Below are positions 38,365-47,687 of a stretch of 54,973 nucleotides of DNA, piece by piece. Source of the stretch: a virus (taxonomy: Duplodnaviria > Caudoviricetes); IMG/VR virus record IMGVR_UViG_3300025141_012176, positions 1 to 54,973 of that record; one strand, written 5' to 3'. Positions within the stretch are counted from its first letter, which is position 1. Each line of letters begins with the position of its first letter. The translations under genes were made by a program, and so were the position numbers. The notes below the pieces were generated by a model that had not been told where the DNA came from, did no database searches, and worked only from the letters and a program-made list of their open reading frames with translations.

Positions 38365-38668
38365 TATCTTCTCCTTTAAAAAATGCTTCTGAGCTTATGT
38401 TCTTGTCATCTACAAATAAATCATAGATTGGTTTGCCAAATTTCAAATCATGATATTTGACTCCCCATTTATCAAATTGTTTTTCTGTCACACTTCTCCA
38501 GTCAATTCCTGAGCCAGTTCCTCTGGCTGTCCAGTATGTGATTGTATTTCCTTCATCATAAAGTTGATTGATTTTCTCTATATTTTTCTTTATGGGTTCA
38601 GCTTTTGCATAGTCTCTATCATCAGGAGATACGCATATTGTCTCATCTATATCAACATATAAAATCAT
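38357..38668 (-). CDS. HAD-family phosphatase (capsule-biosynthesis EcbF/BcbF-like)
   Basis: YVDIDETIC (DxD motif I), WTARG (II), GKP...FVDDK (III/IV); start MILYVD at 38668 via ATGA overlap. Confidence 0.8.
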   Translation of the reverse strand: MILYVDIDETICVSPDDRDYAKAEPIKKNIEKINQLYDEGNTITYWTARGTGSGIDWRSVTEKQFDKWGVKYHDLKFGKPIYDLFVDDKNISSEAFFKGEDNE

Positions 38669-39357
38669 TCTTGAGCCTGCTTTGCTTTGTATAGTGTTTC
38701 TGCTACACCGAATTGCCACTCATAGTCAACATCAAAAGTTTCTTCTTCCGGCACTACAAATAGTTCTGGGCTGTTGGGAGTGTAATCTCCCATCCAGACA
38801 TTCTCTCCCAAAGCAGGCATTGAGCCGGCATAAAGACAGTGCGCAGCCTCAAGGGTTGTACCCACCATCTTGGTGTTCAACACTGCCTCTCCTTCTGGCC
38901 ATTCTGTTATCAACTCGCCCTCTGTATTCCAAAAATAGTTTTTCTTCTCAATTACACCGAACAAACCATCAGAATCAGTTTGTAAATAGTGCCTTATAAA
39001 TTTATCAATAGTCTCTGTTGATAACAGACTGCAACAAGCATTGAACATCAAAACATACTTATAAGGAAGCTTATCCCACCATTCGAAGATTTCCGTCATC
39101 GGGGTACCCTCTGACTTGGCAGATTTTTCACTCCTCTCGAAAACATTGATTCCACGATTCTTGCCAATAGAAATAAGCTCTGGCTCGTGCGCTGCCAAAT
39201 AAAAGTTTTCTTTTGGAAGCACCTTGCTGTCCAAAACCTTATCTATGGCAATGTCTGTCAATGTACTACCAGCAAATGGACGAATCATCTTATTGGGGCA
39301 GCGTTGTGATCCCAGTCTAGCTTGAACGATCAAGCAAATATCTTTGATATTCTTCAC
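38665..39357 (-). CDS. neuA: CMP-nonulosonic acid synthetase / cytidylyltransferase (NeuA/PseF/KdsB family)
   Basis: VQARLGSQRCPNKMIRPFAG N-terminal motif, C-terminal FDVDYEWQF. Confidence 0.8.
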   Translation of the reverse strand: MKNIKDICLIVQARLGSQRCPNKMIRPFAGSTLTDIAIDKVLDSKVLPKENFYLAAHEPELISIGKNRGINVFERSEKSAKSEGTPMTEIFEWWDKLPYKYVLMFNACCSLLSTETIDKFIRHYLQTDSDGLFGVIEKKNYFWNTEGELITEWPEGEAVLNTKMVGTTLEAAHCLYAGSMPALGENVWMGDYTPNSPELFVVPEEETFDVDYEWQFGVAETLYKAKQAQE

Positions 39358-40183
39358 CTAAAACTCCTGTTAAAACTTGTGTGCTTATGTTGCACGGATG
39401 TCCGTGCCCTAAATTTCTAAACTTAACATCTTTTCCAATGTCATGCAAGAGATAATCCCATAAAACTAAGAATTGTTTAGAATATTTTTCAATTATTTCT
39501 TCTTCTTTATTGGAATTTTCTATCGCGCCAGTTTGATCTTTCTGTTTTTGAAACGCATGATAGTGTTTGCCAGAGAGTGGTGTCGGGATATAACCATCCA
39601 TCCCCGCTATGTGTATCTCTAAGGCGCCCAACAGTGTTGCGATGACAACCAATCTGGGTATGGCACCTATTTTTGAATGATATCGAGTGTGTGCCCAGAA
39701 AACCCTATCACCATATTTTGCTTTGAATTTTTTCATCTCTTTTGGATCTCTGCCGCAGTTTTCAAAACAAAGCATAGTGTTATGTTTTTCTAAATACTCA
39801 TGTAATTCTTTGTTAGAAAAACGAACTTCATCGCCAATATTAGCCAGAGAGACATTAATGCCTTTAACTCTATCATTCATGAAAAAATGATTTGTTGAGA
39901 AGACAAAATCATAATCATCTGCCTCCCAGTTGACTTCAGTTGTCGTTGGACCTGCTCCCAGAATTAAAATCTTCGAGCCTTTAAATCTATCTAGTCGACT
40001 GTTCACCTGATGAATAATTTCATCATCTACCAATGTCTTTCCTCCTCCTAAGTTGGGTACCAATATTTGCTTGACATAATCAATGCCTCTGCGTCGATTG
40101 TTGGCAAAAGTGGCGGCAGGCGAAATAAAAGAAGAGTCTGTTATAGAACTATTAAACCAATTTAGCTCTTTAGTCCATATCAT
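39317..40183 (-). CDS. putative nonulosonic acid transferase (Cst/GT42- or Maf-like fold)
   Basis: KILILGAGPT...DYDFVFSTNHFF resembles Campylobacter Cst IIAGNGPS...VFRCNQFY; LLGALEIHIAGMDGY matches the GxxxIYLxGxD motif. Confidence 0.6.
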   Translation of the reverse strand: MIWTKELNWFNSSITDSSFISPAATFANNRRRGIDYVKQILVPNLGGGKTLVDDEIIHQVNSRLDRFKGSKILILGAGPTTTEVNWEADDYDFVFSTNHFFMNDRVKGINVSLANIGDEVRFSNKELHEYLEKHNTMLCFENCGRDPKEMKKFKAKYGDRVFWAHTRYHSKIGAIPRLVVIATLLGALEIHIAGMDGYIPTPLSGKHYHAFQKQKDQTGAIENSNKEEEIIEKYSKQFLVLWDYLLHDIGKDVKFRNLGHGHPCNISTQVLTGVLGEEYQRYLLDRSS

Positions 40184-40207
40184 AGCTTCCCCTCATTATT
40201 TTTCATT

Positions 40208-40864
40208 TTATTCTCCTAATTCTGCTAATTTAATTAATAATTTCTTACCATCTGATGTCCGAATGAACGCATTCGGATATGGATCTCCAAGCATGCGGAT
40301 CTTGTTGTAAAGGTGTTCGCCAGTTTGATTTTTAATCTCATCCAAAGAAATCTCGCTCTGTTCTGGCTTTCTCCTAGAAAAGTAAGTCGCCTTGCTGTCG
40401 TCCTGCTTTTCTGGCTGCATGCCTTCTCTAAGAATTTTAACAGTAAGAGATGTACCAATCTTTGTTAGTCTATCAAAAATTTCTGTTATTGTCCCAGAAA
40501 GAGATAGGGGGCCCTGTGCTACAACATCTCCTGCATCGTATTCTTCTCCAATAACAAACAGTGTTACCTTAGAGTTAACAACCCCTCTGATAATTTGATT
40601 CTGAATTGGGCTGCCTCCGCGGAACTCAGGAAGGGGAGAGGGATGAAGCATGATTGATTTATAATTTTTAAAAATCTCAGGCTCTATTTTCCAACTCCAT
40701 CCGTAAAAAAGAACAACATCCGGATTGTAATCCATAATAATTTTCTTGTCATATTTTTCTTTGGAGCCTATTACCAGTACTTCGTGTTCCGTATTTATCA
40801 AAAGATGCTCATAGATTCTTAGAGCCCAAGCACGATAGCCCACACATGCCACCCTCATTTGCAT
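40208..40864 (-). CDS. formyltransferase (Fmt-like, probably sugar N-formyltransferase)
   Basis: LHPSPLPEFRGGSPIQNQI, YDAGDV, DPYPNAF motifs. Confidence 0.85.
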   Translation of the reverse strand: MQMRVACVGYRAWALRIYEHLLINTEHEVLVIGSKEKYDKKIIMDYNPDVVLFYGWSWKIEPEIFKNYKSIMLHPSPLPEFRGGSPIQNQIIRGVVNSKVTLFVIGEEYDAGDVVAQGPLSLSGTITEIFDRLTKIGTSLTVKILREGMQPEKQDDSKATYFSRRKPEQSEISLDEIKNQTGEHLYNKIRMLGDPYPNAFIRTSDGKKLLIKLAELGE

Positions 40865-41535
40865 GCCCTCAATATCCTGAATGCTTCTGAGAATTCATTA
40901 CCGCTTTGCATTCCTCGAAACTTACTCAGGACTTCGATTCCACTATCGTTCCTAGGGTGAGGCCAGGGATTACCTTCTGTGTAATATTTTCTAAATGCCG
41001 AACATTTATTGTCGATGTCTTTTTCTGTAACGCTAAAAAACAAGTTGGGAGAAAAGCTATCTTTAAATCCCCACTCTGAACTGCTCAAGACTTCGTAACA
41101 CAAAACAGTTGCAACGCCGGAACCTAGTGTACTGGGACGGGTAGCAATCACCGTTGCATCATGAACCTTTCTGTGGTCTATGTTGCTATCCCCATCCCAG
41201 TGCGTAAAGACAGTATCTGGCTTAAATTCTTTCACATGCTTCTCTATAATTTTATTTATTTCGATCTGTGGTACCTGATCCAGCTTTCCACAAGGAAGAT
41301 TGTTGAAAAAAACCTGTGTCACTCGTAGTTCGTGCAAGGCATCCAATGCGGAATTATTTCTCTTTGTCAACTCTGCGCCATAATCTTCGCAGTCTGTATC
41401 CGAAAACCTACAGCTTGTACCCTCCGCAATAAAAACTACCCTGAACTCTGTTTGAGACTGAAATCTGCTCATGGTTGCGCCGCATCCCAAGATATCGTCA
41501 TCAGGGTGCGCTGCTATTATTAATGCTCTTTTCAT
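40855..41535 (-). CDS. PIG-L/LmbE family N-acetyl-sugar deacetylase
   Basis: AAHPDDDILGCG, THWDGDSNIDH, AEAF-like C-terminus. Confidence 0.9.
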   Translation of the reverse strand: MKRALIIAAHPDDDILGCGATMSRFQSQTEFRVVFIAEGTSCRFSDTDCEDYGAELTKRNNSALDALHELRVTQVFFNNLPCGKLDQVPQIEINKIIEKHVKEFKPDTVFTHWDGDSNIDHRKVHDATVIATRPSTLGSGVATVLCYEVLSSSEWGFKDSFSPNLFFSVTEKDIDNKCSAFRKYYTEGNPWPHPRNDSGIEVLSKFRGMQSGNEFSEAFRILRACK

Positions 41536-42055
41536 AATCCCCCCTTAACATAGACAAGATATAAGAATCATAGTATTTACCATCATAATAATAATGTTGC
41601 CTATGACATGCGTCGACAGAAAAACCTCTTTCTTTAAAGAAATCTAGTTTCTTATTGTCTATTTCATAAATCTCTGCCCATACCTTGTTCATGTTTAAAA
41701 AATGAAAAGCCCTCTTTAAAGCCAATTCAAAAGCATCAGGGGCGTACTTCTCGTCAATCCATGCAGCGTCATGTCCGATGTAGAAGTGCAAGTCGCAATG
41801 ACGATTTAACCAATCAATATAAGTGAACCCTGTTACCCCTATGGGCATGCTCTCTTTTTCTTGATCAGTTATCATAAACATTTCGAAATTATTATCGAAT
41901 GTCATGTCTTCATACCACTTATTCTTTTGCATCATTGAGAATTCTCGATATTCCCTAAAGTACTTTCTTAGGTTCTCATTGTTTCTCCACTTATGCAACA
42001 GCGGCAGATCTTCTTTTTCTATGGCACGGATGGCTATTTTGTTATATTCTACCAC
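41501..42055 (-). CDS. GNAT N-acetyltransferase (PseH/RimJ-like)
   Basis: IRAIEKEDLPLLHKWRN, IDWLNRHCD, LNMNKVWAEIYEID motifs. Confidence 0.85.
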   Translation of the reverse strand: MVEYNKIAIRAIEKEDLPLLHKWRNNENLRKYFREYREFSMMQKNKWYEDMTFDNNFEMFMITDQEKESMPIGVTGFTYIDWLNRHCDLHFYIGHDAAWIDEKYAPDAFELALKRAFHFLNMNKVWAEIYEIDNKKLDFFKERGFSVDACHRQHYYYDGKYYDSYILSMLRGDYEKSINNSSAP

Positions 42056-43116
42056 TTAAAATGCTCTCTGCGAAGATAATCTCCATGGATAATGTTCTTG
42101 TTAATCTCCAGTCCGGTCAAAGAATTTATGTCATTTACAGATATCGCATCGGGCGGACAAGGGCGCTGGAATTGGACAATAGATCTATCAAATGCTTCTC
42201 CTTGAGAGACATCTCTTGTTACTCTGATTGCTCTTCGTTGTAAAACCACAGTCTCTTGTTCGTTTGTTTGGACTTCTTTTGTGCCGTGTCCAATTGAAGA
42301 CTCTAACATCCTAGTGTCCTCAACCATTCTACTCCAGGTGTTTGGGTCCATTGAAAATGGATGGTCTGGGCCGGCTCGACTAGTGTCATCTGTAAAGTGT
42401 TTCTCAATCACTCTCGCGCCAAGAGCGATGGCGCCTAGGACAGTAACATGGCCATGAGTGTGATCGCTGAGGCCCAGAATCATGTTGGGATACATTGAAC
42501 GATATGTTTTCAGCACATTCAAGTTGATGTATTTAAGATTCTCCGAATCAGCAGTATAGTTTGTATTGCACTGCATAAGCACAAGCTGAGAATTGTGCTT
42601 CTGGATAATGTCAACCGCTGACTGCACTTCGCCTATCGTGCTAGCGCCGGTGGCCAAAAGAGTAGGCTTGCCCTTCTTTGCAACCTTCTCAAGCATCTCG
42701 TGCCACGCCGCATCTCCACTTCCTATCTTAAACGCCGGGACATGTTCATCTAGATAGTCAACCAAATCTAAATCATATGGCGTAGAGAAAAACGCAATTT
42801 CGAGTTCTTTGCATAACCCCTTAAGTTCCAGCGTCCAATCTAGCGGAACTTCAGCATCTTTATATACTTCAAAGATAGTCTTGTCCCAACTAGACTGGTG
42901 GCTGAACTTTCCGCCTAGGTTTTTAAATCCATAATCGCTTACATATTTTGTAACATCATGGTGCTGAAATTTAACGGCATCAGCGCCGGAATCTTTAGCT
43001 AGCTTGATTAGATCTTTTGCTCTTTGAATGTCTCCATCGTGATTTGCTGCAATATCAGCGATAAAGTAAGTCTTAGAGTCTTTTGAAATTAAGTCATTTC
43101 CTATTTTTATAATCAT
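42049..43116 (-). CDS. neuB: nonulosonic acid synthase (NeuB/PseI family, with C-terminal SAF/antifreeze-like domain)
   Basis: IADIAANHDGD, ADAVKFQ, FKIGSGD, GLSDHT, IEKHFT, GPDHPFS, C-terminal RRAIRVTRD...RP. Confidence 0.92.
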   Translation of the reverse strand: MIIKIGNDLISKDSKTYFIADIAANHDGDIQRAKDLIKLAKDSGADAVKFQHHDVTKYVSDYGFKNLGGKFSHQSSWDKTIFEVYKDAEVPLDWTLELKGLCKELEIAFFSTPYDLDLVDYLDEHVPAFKIGSGDAAWHEMLEKVAKKGKPTLLATGASTIGEVQSAVDIIQKHNSQLVLMQCNTNYTADSENLKYINLNVLKTYRSMYPNMILGLSDHTHGHVTVLGAIALGARVIEKHFTDDTSRAGPDHPFSMDPNTWSRMVEDTRMLESSIGHGTKEVQTNEQETVVLQRRAIRVTRDVSQGEAFDRSIVQFQRPCPPDAISVNDINSLTGLEINKNIIHGDYLRREHFKW

Positions 43117-43870
43117 TTTCTAACATCTCCATTCCTTCTTTAAAGGAAAATAATTCATCAGGCATCTCTAAAACAAGTTGCTGACGCGGTGTTGACACTG
43201 GCCTAACCAACGAAGGATCTAAGTCCATTCTTTTTGCCACTTCTATGAGAAAATTATATTTGCTCATAATCTTATCGGAAGCGACAGTACACAGTGATTT
43301 TGAGAATTTCGAACTGTCGGTGCACTCTCTCTTTATAAATTTAGATAACTGACCAACATGTACAGGGTTGAAAAAACTATTCTCAAACCCATCGATTGGC
43401 TCTTTATTAGATAGCTTATTTATTGCCCACTCTGCAAGATTCGAAGGGCCAAAAAGATTTGTGCGGATTACTAAATTTCCTTCACTAGATAATGTTTTCT
43501 CTTCTCCAGCCTTCTTTGTTTCAAAATAAACACTTTTTTTATAATCATCTTTGTTCCACACAGGAATTGTTGAAATATAAATCAGTTTATCACAATGTTT
43601 TTTTAGCGTGTCGACGATTGTCGCATGCAGAGCAAGGCTTTCTTCCGCATTATCTTCGCATGCTCTCAAATCTGTGATGGCTGCCGTATGTATGATGATA
43701 GAATAGAATTTTCCAGATAGCCATTTTCTAGCTTCCTCTAGGTTCGTCAAATTCAAGTGCTCGCGGCCTTTTATCGTCTCGACGGGCATGCGCCTAAAGT
43801 CTTCAGACAATCTTGAGCCCAACATGCCATTTGAGCCGGTAATTAAGATCTTTCTATCCCTCAATGCCAA
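43094..43870 (-). CDS. RmlD-like NDP-4-keto-6-deoxysugar reductase (extended SDR)
   Basis: ILITGSNGMLG, HTAAITD, YISTI, YFETK (YxxxK), IRTNLFG. Confidence 0.8.
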   Translation of the reverse strand: MALRDRKILITGSNGMLGSRLSEDFRRMPVETIKGREHLNLTNLEEARKWLSGKFYSIIIHTAAITDLRACEDNAEESLALHATIVDTLKKHCDKLIYISTIPVWNKDDYKKSVYFETKKAGEEKTLSSEGNLVIRTNLFGPSNLAEWAINKLSNKEPIDGFENSFFNPVHVGQLSKFIKRECTDSSKFSKSLCTVASDKIMSKYNFLIEVAKRMDLDPSLVRPVSTPRQQLVLEMPDELFSFKEGMEMLENDYKNRK

Positions 43871-44825
43871 CCCCTACCTCAATAATTTTTCTTAAAGATG
43901 ATACATTGTTGTCGAGATGCAGGGAAGAGTTATACTCCAAACCCTCATATCTTTTGTCATATGTATGTTCTTTGTTTGTGTATTGAGGAGTAACCACCAT
44001 TAAGGTTTCATCAACTTCGTAGGTAAATGGAAGCTCTGTTTTAGCCAGCATATCCTCATGAATCTTTTCGCCGGGACGCATGCCGAGGACTACAGTGTCT
44101 GCATTTTCAACGCCAGTCATCTCCAATACCGCATCAAGTACCGTCTCAAGTTTATAAGAGTTTATCTTCGGAATAAATACCTCACCACCTTGCGTGGTTT
44201 CTAATGCAAGCAGAACAGTGTCGACTGCATCATCAAGCGTAAACAAGAACCTACTACAATCAAAAGATGTGATTGGAATTTGCTCATTATTTCTTACTTT
44301 TTCCATCCACAAAGGAATAAAAGAGCCACGACTTGCAATGACATTTCCGTATCGAACGGATGCGAAAACTGTGCTGCTAGAGTTGTAATCAAAGTTTGTA
44401 AATATTCTTTCGGCGATAAACTTACTGGAGCCATAAACATTTATTGGCTGGCATGCTTTGTCAGTAGAAATCAGCATACATTTCTTGACATCGTTTGCCA
44501 AAGCTGCTGTTGCAACATTTTGAGATCCCATGACATTTGTTTTTATACATTCATCTGGATGAAACTCCATATCGTCAACCCTCTTGAGGGCTGCTGCATG
44601 GATTACATAATCTGGCTTATGCAACCTCATTGTTGTGTCTATCTTCGTAAGATCTCGGACATCCCCAATCACTCTAATAATATCAGGATCAGAACCAAAG
44701 GCAAGCGCCTGCTTTGCCTCGTCCCGACTGTAAACGATTATCTTCCATCCCAGATTTTTAATCTTCTTAATCAAAGCCTTGCCCAGAGAGCCAGTGCCAC
44801 CGGTTATTAATATCTTCTTTCTCAA
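43854..44825 (-). CDS. pseB: UDP-GlcNAc 4,6-dehydratase (PseB/FlaA1-like)
   Basis: ITGGTGSLG, SRDEAKQ, GDVRD, STDKACQPINVYGSSK, VRYGNV, GMRPGEKIHE. Confidence 0.85.
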   Translation of the reverse strand: MRKKILITGGTGSLGKALIKKIKNLGWKIIVYSRDEAKQALAFGSDPDIIRVIGDVRDLTKIDTTMRLHKPDYVIHAAALKRVDDMEFHPDECIKTNVMGSQNVATAALANDVKKCMLISTDKACQPINVYGSSKFIAERIFTNFDYNSSSTVFASVRYGNVIASRGSFIPLWMEKVRNNEQIPITSFDCSRFLFTLDDAVDTVLLALETTQGGEVFIPKINSYKLETVLDAVLEMTGVENADTVVLGMRPGEKIHEDMLAKTELPFTYEVDETLMVVTPQYTNKEHTYDKRYEGLEYNSSLHLDNNVSSLRKIIEVGVGIEG

Positions 44826-44826
44826 A

Positions 44827-45657
44827 TTACCCCCTAAGTTTTTTGCGTATGGGCTCTTCGCCCTCGGTTACCTTTTTAATTCCATCGCCATAAGCCATTT
44901 CTAATTCCCTAATGCCTTTGACTAGCTTAATTAGCCCTTGTGGCTCTATGGATGACAAATGATCAGAGCCCCACATTGTTCTGTCGAGAGTTATGTGCCT
45001 TTCAATTATAGATGCCCCTAGGTAGATTGCGGCGACAGAAGTGCCCAATCTGAACTCGTGCCCACTATAGCCCACTTCGCAGCCGTAGCGAGCCTTCAGG
45101 GTGCCTATACAGGATAGATTCAATTCCTCTAGTGGTGCTGGATAAGTTGAATTGCAATGCAACAAGCTAAACTCTGCCCCTTCTTCTCTCATCCACCGAA
45201 CTGCTTCGTCTGTTTCGCTCATTGTGCTCATGCCTGTAGAGAAAATAATCTTTTTGCCTGTTCTGGCTGACGCCCTCATTAGCTCTTCGTTTGTCATCAT
45301 AGCAGACGGAAGCTTCAAAAAAGGAATGTCGTACTGCATCAAAAACTCAAGACTGTCAATGTCCCATGGAGAAGCAGACCATGCAATGCCTCTGGATATG
45401 CAATATGCATCAATTTCATCATATTCTTCTTTGCCGAATTCGACACGATATTTGTAGTCCAAGTATGTCATTCTGCCCCATGGAGTATCCCTCATTACAC
45501 CCTTTTGGTGTTCCGGAACACATACATCGGGATTTCTTTTCTGGAACTTTACAGCATCACAGCCAGAGACGGCAGCAATGTCTATAAGTTTTTTAGCATT
45601 TTCCATGGAGCCGTTGTGGTTAATTCCAATTTCTGCTATGACATATGTTTTTTTCAT
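44827..45657 (-). CDS. neuB: nonulosonic acid synthase (NeuB family, short form lacking SAF domain)
   Basis: IAEIGINHNG, DAVKFQKR, HCNSTYPAP, GYSGHE, IERHITLDR, GSDH; 276 aa. Confidence 0.92.
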   Translation of the reverse strand: MKKTYVIAEIGINHNGSMENAKKLIDIAAVSGCDAVKFQKRNPDVCVPEHQKGVMRDTPWGRMTYLDYKYRVEFGKEEYDEIDAYCISRGIAWSASPWDIDSLEFLMQYDIPFLKLPSAMMTNEELMRASARTGKKIIFSTGMSTMSETDEAVRWMREEGAEFSLLHCNSTYPAPLEELNLSCIGTLKARYGCEVGYSGHEFRLGTSVAAIYLGASIIERHITLDRTMWGSDHLSSIEPQGLIKLVKGIRELEMAYGDGIKKVTEGEEPIRKKLRG

Positions 45658-47687
45658 AATTGTACTCTCGGTATTTCTTCGTAAAGAGAACTTTTATCTG
45701 ATGCAAGCTCAAGATGTACACCGCGTTCCTTTAACCATTTATAAAGATGCTCTGACGCTTCTCTGGTTGAATCGATTTCCCAATCTAGAATATCTCCTCG
45801 ATTGTGTAAAGACTCGGTTGTTCCAAAGAAATGTTCATAATCATCCAGTTCTTTAGGGTTATTATAACACAGATCCCACCCAAGTGCAACTATTTTCTTT
45901 ACTCCAAGGTGCAGCGCTGCGTATAAAACTGTCTCATACATTATGCCCGGGCCGCAGGGGCGCTCTATTTGATTGTCCAAAGTATATTTTTCAAAGTCTT
46001 TTGTCACAGAAAGAAACTCATTGTCTATCTCCGTTCTGATTGGTACCTTGAAAAACAAATCTGATTTTTGGAATCTGCTCCAGCGTTGCCCGTGAGAATA
46101 ATTGCTGCTAGCGATAGATATTGGCGACATTTTATCATATATGTAGTGCTCCCAAAGTGGAGGCTTCGTTGGTGCCGGCATGTTTGCACAGTTAAAGAAA
46201 TGAAAATCCGTAATGTATGGGAATTTTTCATATGCTTGCTTTACAGAAAAAACCAATTTGTTCTTTAGCATGCTCCTTAAAAGCTCTGGATCGTAATCTG
46301 ACAGAGATGGACCGCATGAGAGTATATAACAAGTTTCTCCCTCAAAAGAATCTTTTAGCAGCGCTACCTTCTCGTCAAGAGTTGGAAGCTTTCGAAGCCT
46401 AGATTTGATATCAAGCCGCTTCTCCGTGATGGCGCTGGTGCCAGACATAGTTGTGTGCACAAATGTTTCATCAGATTTCTTAGCAGTCTCATATATCATC
46501 TCTCCTATCTTTAGCGGAGAGTAGTCTCCGGAAAGAACATTGTCACTGCCGGACTTGCCCATGTCTTCCAGTTCTTCTCTTTTGTTCTTCCATAGGTTGT
46601 ATGCTTTTCTTAGCTGCTTTCTTGTGCTATTAACATGACACTCATACCATTCTCCATCATTCTCGTATGGCACAACACCGAAAAGACATGTGTCCCAGTG
46701 TCCGTCTACAAGAAATGCTGCATCATCATGAACAAAGCCCGTGTGTCCTCCTTTCTTCGGCACCAGCACCGGCAATGCTTTAGTCAGCGCCTCAGCGATT
46801 GGCAAGCCGAAGCCTTCACCCCTAGAGGTTAGCGCAAAAACATCAGAGTTCTCGTATAGCCAATTAATATTCTCAAAAGGAAGGAATCCTGGTATTAAAA
46901 TAATATTGTTGTCAACAGGATCCGCATATTTCGGGTTAACCATGTCATGTTTGTAATACCTGATTTCATTCTGCATTGCTTCGACATTATGTGTTCCACT
47001 AGCATATGCTTTAAGTATCAGAATGGCATCGTCTTCTTTTGTGAACTCAGCAGCCCAGGCTTTGAGAAGGATATCAAATCCTTTCCTTTTCGTCCACTGA
47101 GATATTGACAATACTGTAAACTTATCATCAAGCTTGACAGGCAAGTTTAATTCCTTTGGTGGCGTCATATTTTCCTCAATAACATGAGGAATAACTGTCG
47201 TTTCGCAGCCGGCTGCTTTTTCAAATGGCTCTCTGTTCCATTCGCAAGGAACAATTACTTTATCAGTGTGATAATATTCATACACCTTTTTCCATTCCCA
47301 AGGAACAGAATCGGTTTCCCAAGTGCATATGCTTATATTCCTATCTGATGCATTCTGTAGTTTTAGAACTGACGGACTGCAATTTGGAGATGGACGAAAC
47401 TTGTCATCAGCAAATGTCAAAAGAGGCGTTGGCATGTGCCATAAAAAAGTATATCTTTGTCGAACCATTTGATCAATATCATGATCATTCTGGAACTCGT
47501 ACTTCTCAATAAGCGCCAACTCCTCCGAAGACAGGTTGTCAGACTCTGTTATGACGGTAGAGTATATTTTCAACTCAAAAGCATCTGGATTCTCTTTTAG
47601 ATATGCATCCAGAGCCTTAAGATAACCTCTTGCTGCAACAGCGTATCCTGCTGTATCCCTAAATTGGGCACAATATACTATTCTCAT
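45654..47687 (-). CDS. GT-B (GT4-like) glycosyltransferase fused to a Maf/DUF115-like domain
   Basis: N-terminal RKGFDILL and SRGEGFGLPIAEA; C-terminal ETCYILSCGPSL ... LHLGVKKIVALGWDL. Confidence 0.8.
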   Translation of the reverse strand: MRIVYCAQFRDTAGYAVAARGYLKALDAYLKENPDAFELKIYSTVITESDNLSSEELALIEKYEFQNDHDIDQMVRQRYTFLWHMPTPLLTFADDKFRPSPNCSPSVLKLQNASDRNISICTWETDSVPWEWKKVYEYYHTDKVIVPCEWNREPFEKAAGCETTVIPHVIEENMTPPKELNLPVKLDDKFTVLSISQWTKRKGFDILLKAWAAEFTKEDDAILILKAYASGTHNVEAMQNEIRYYKHDMVNPKYADPVDNNIILIPGFLPFENINWLYENSDVFALTSRGEGFGLPIAEALTKALPVLVPKKGGHTGFVHDDAAFLVDGHWDTCLFGVVPYENDGEWYECHVNSTRKQLRKAYNLWKNKREELEDMGKSGSDNVLSGDYSPLKIGEMIYETAKKSDETFVHTTMSGTSAITEKRLDIKSRLRKLPTLDEKVALLKDSFEGETCYILSCGPSLSDYDPELLRSMLKNKLVFSVKQAYEKFPYITDFHFFNCANMPAPTKPPLWEHYIYDKMSPISIASSNYSHGQRWSRFQKSDLFFKVPIRTEIDNEFLSVTKDFEKYTLDNQIERPCGPGIMYETVLYAALHLGVKKIVALGWDLCYNNPKELDDYEHFFGTTESLHNRGDILDWEIDSTREASEHLYKWLKERGVHLELASDKSSLYEEIPRVQL

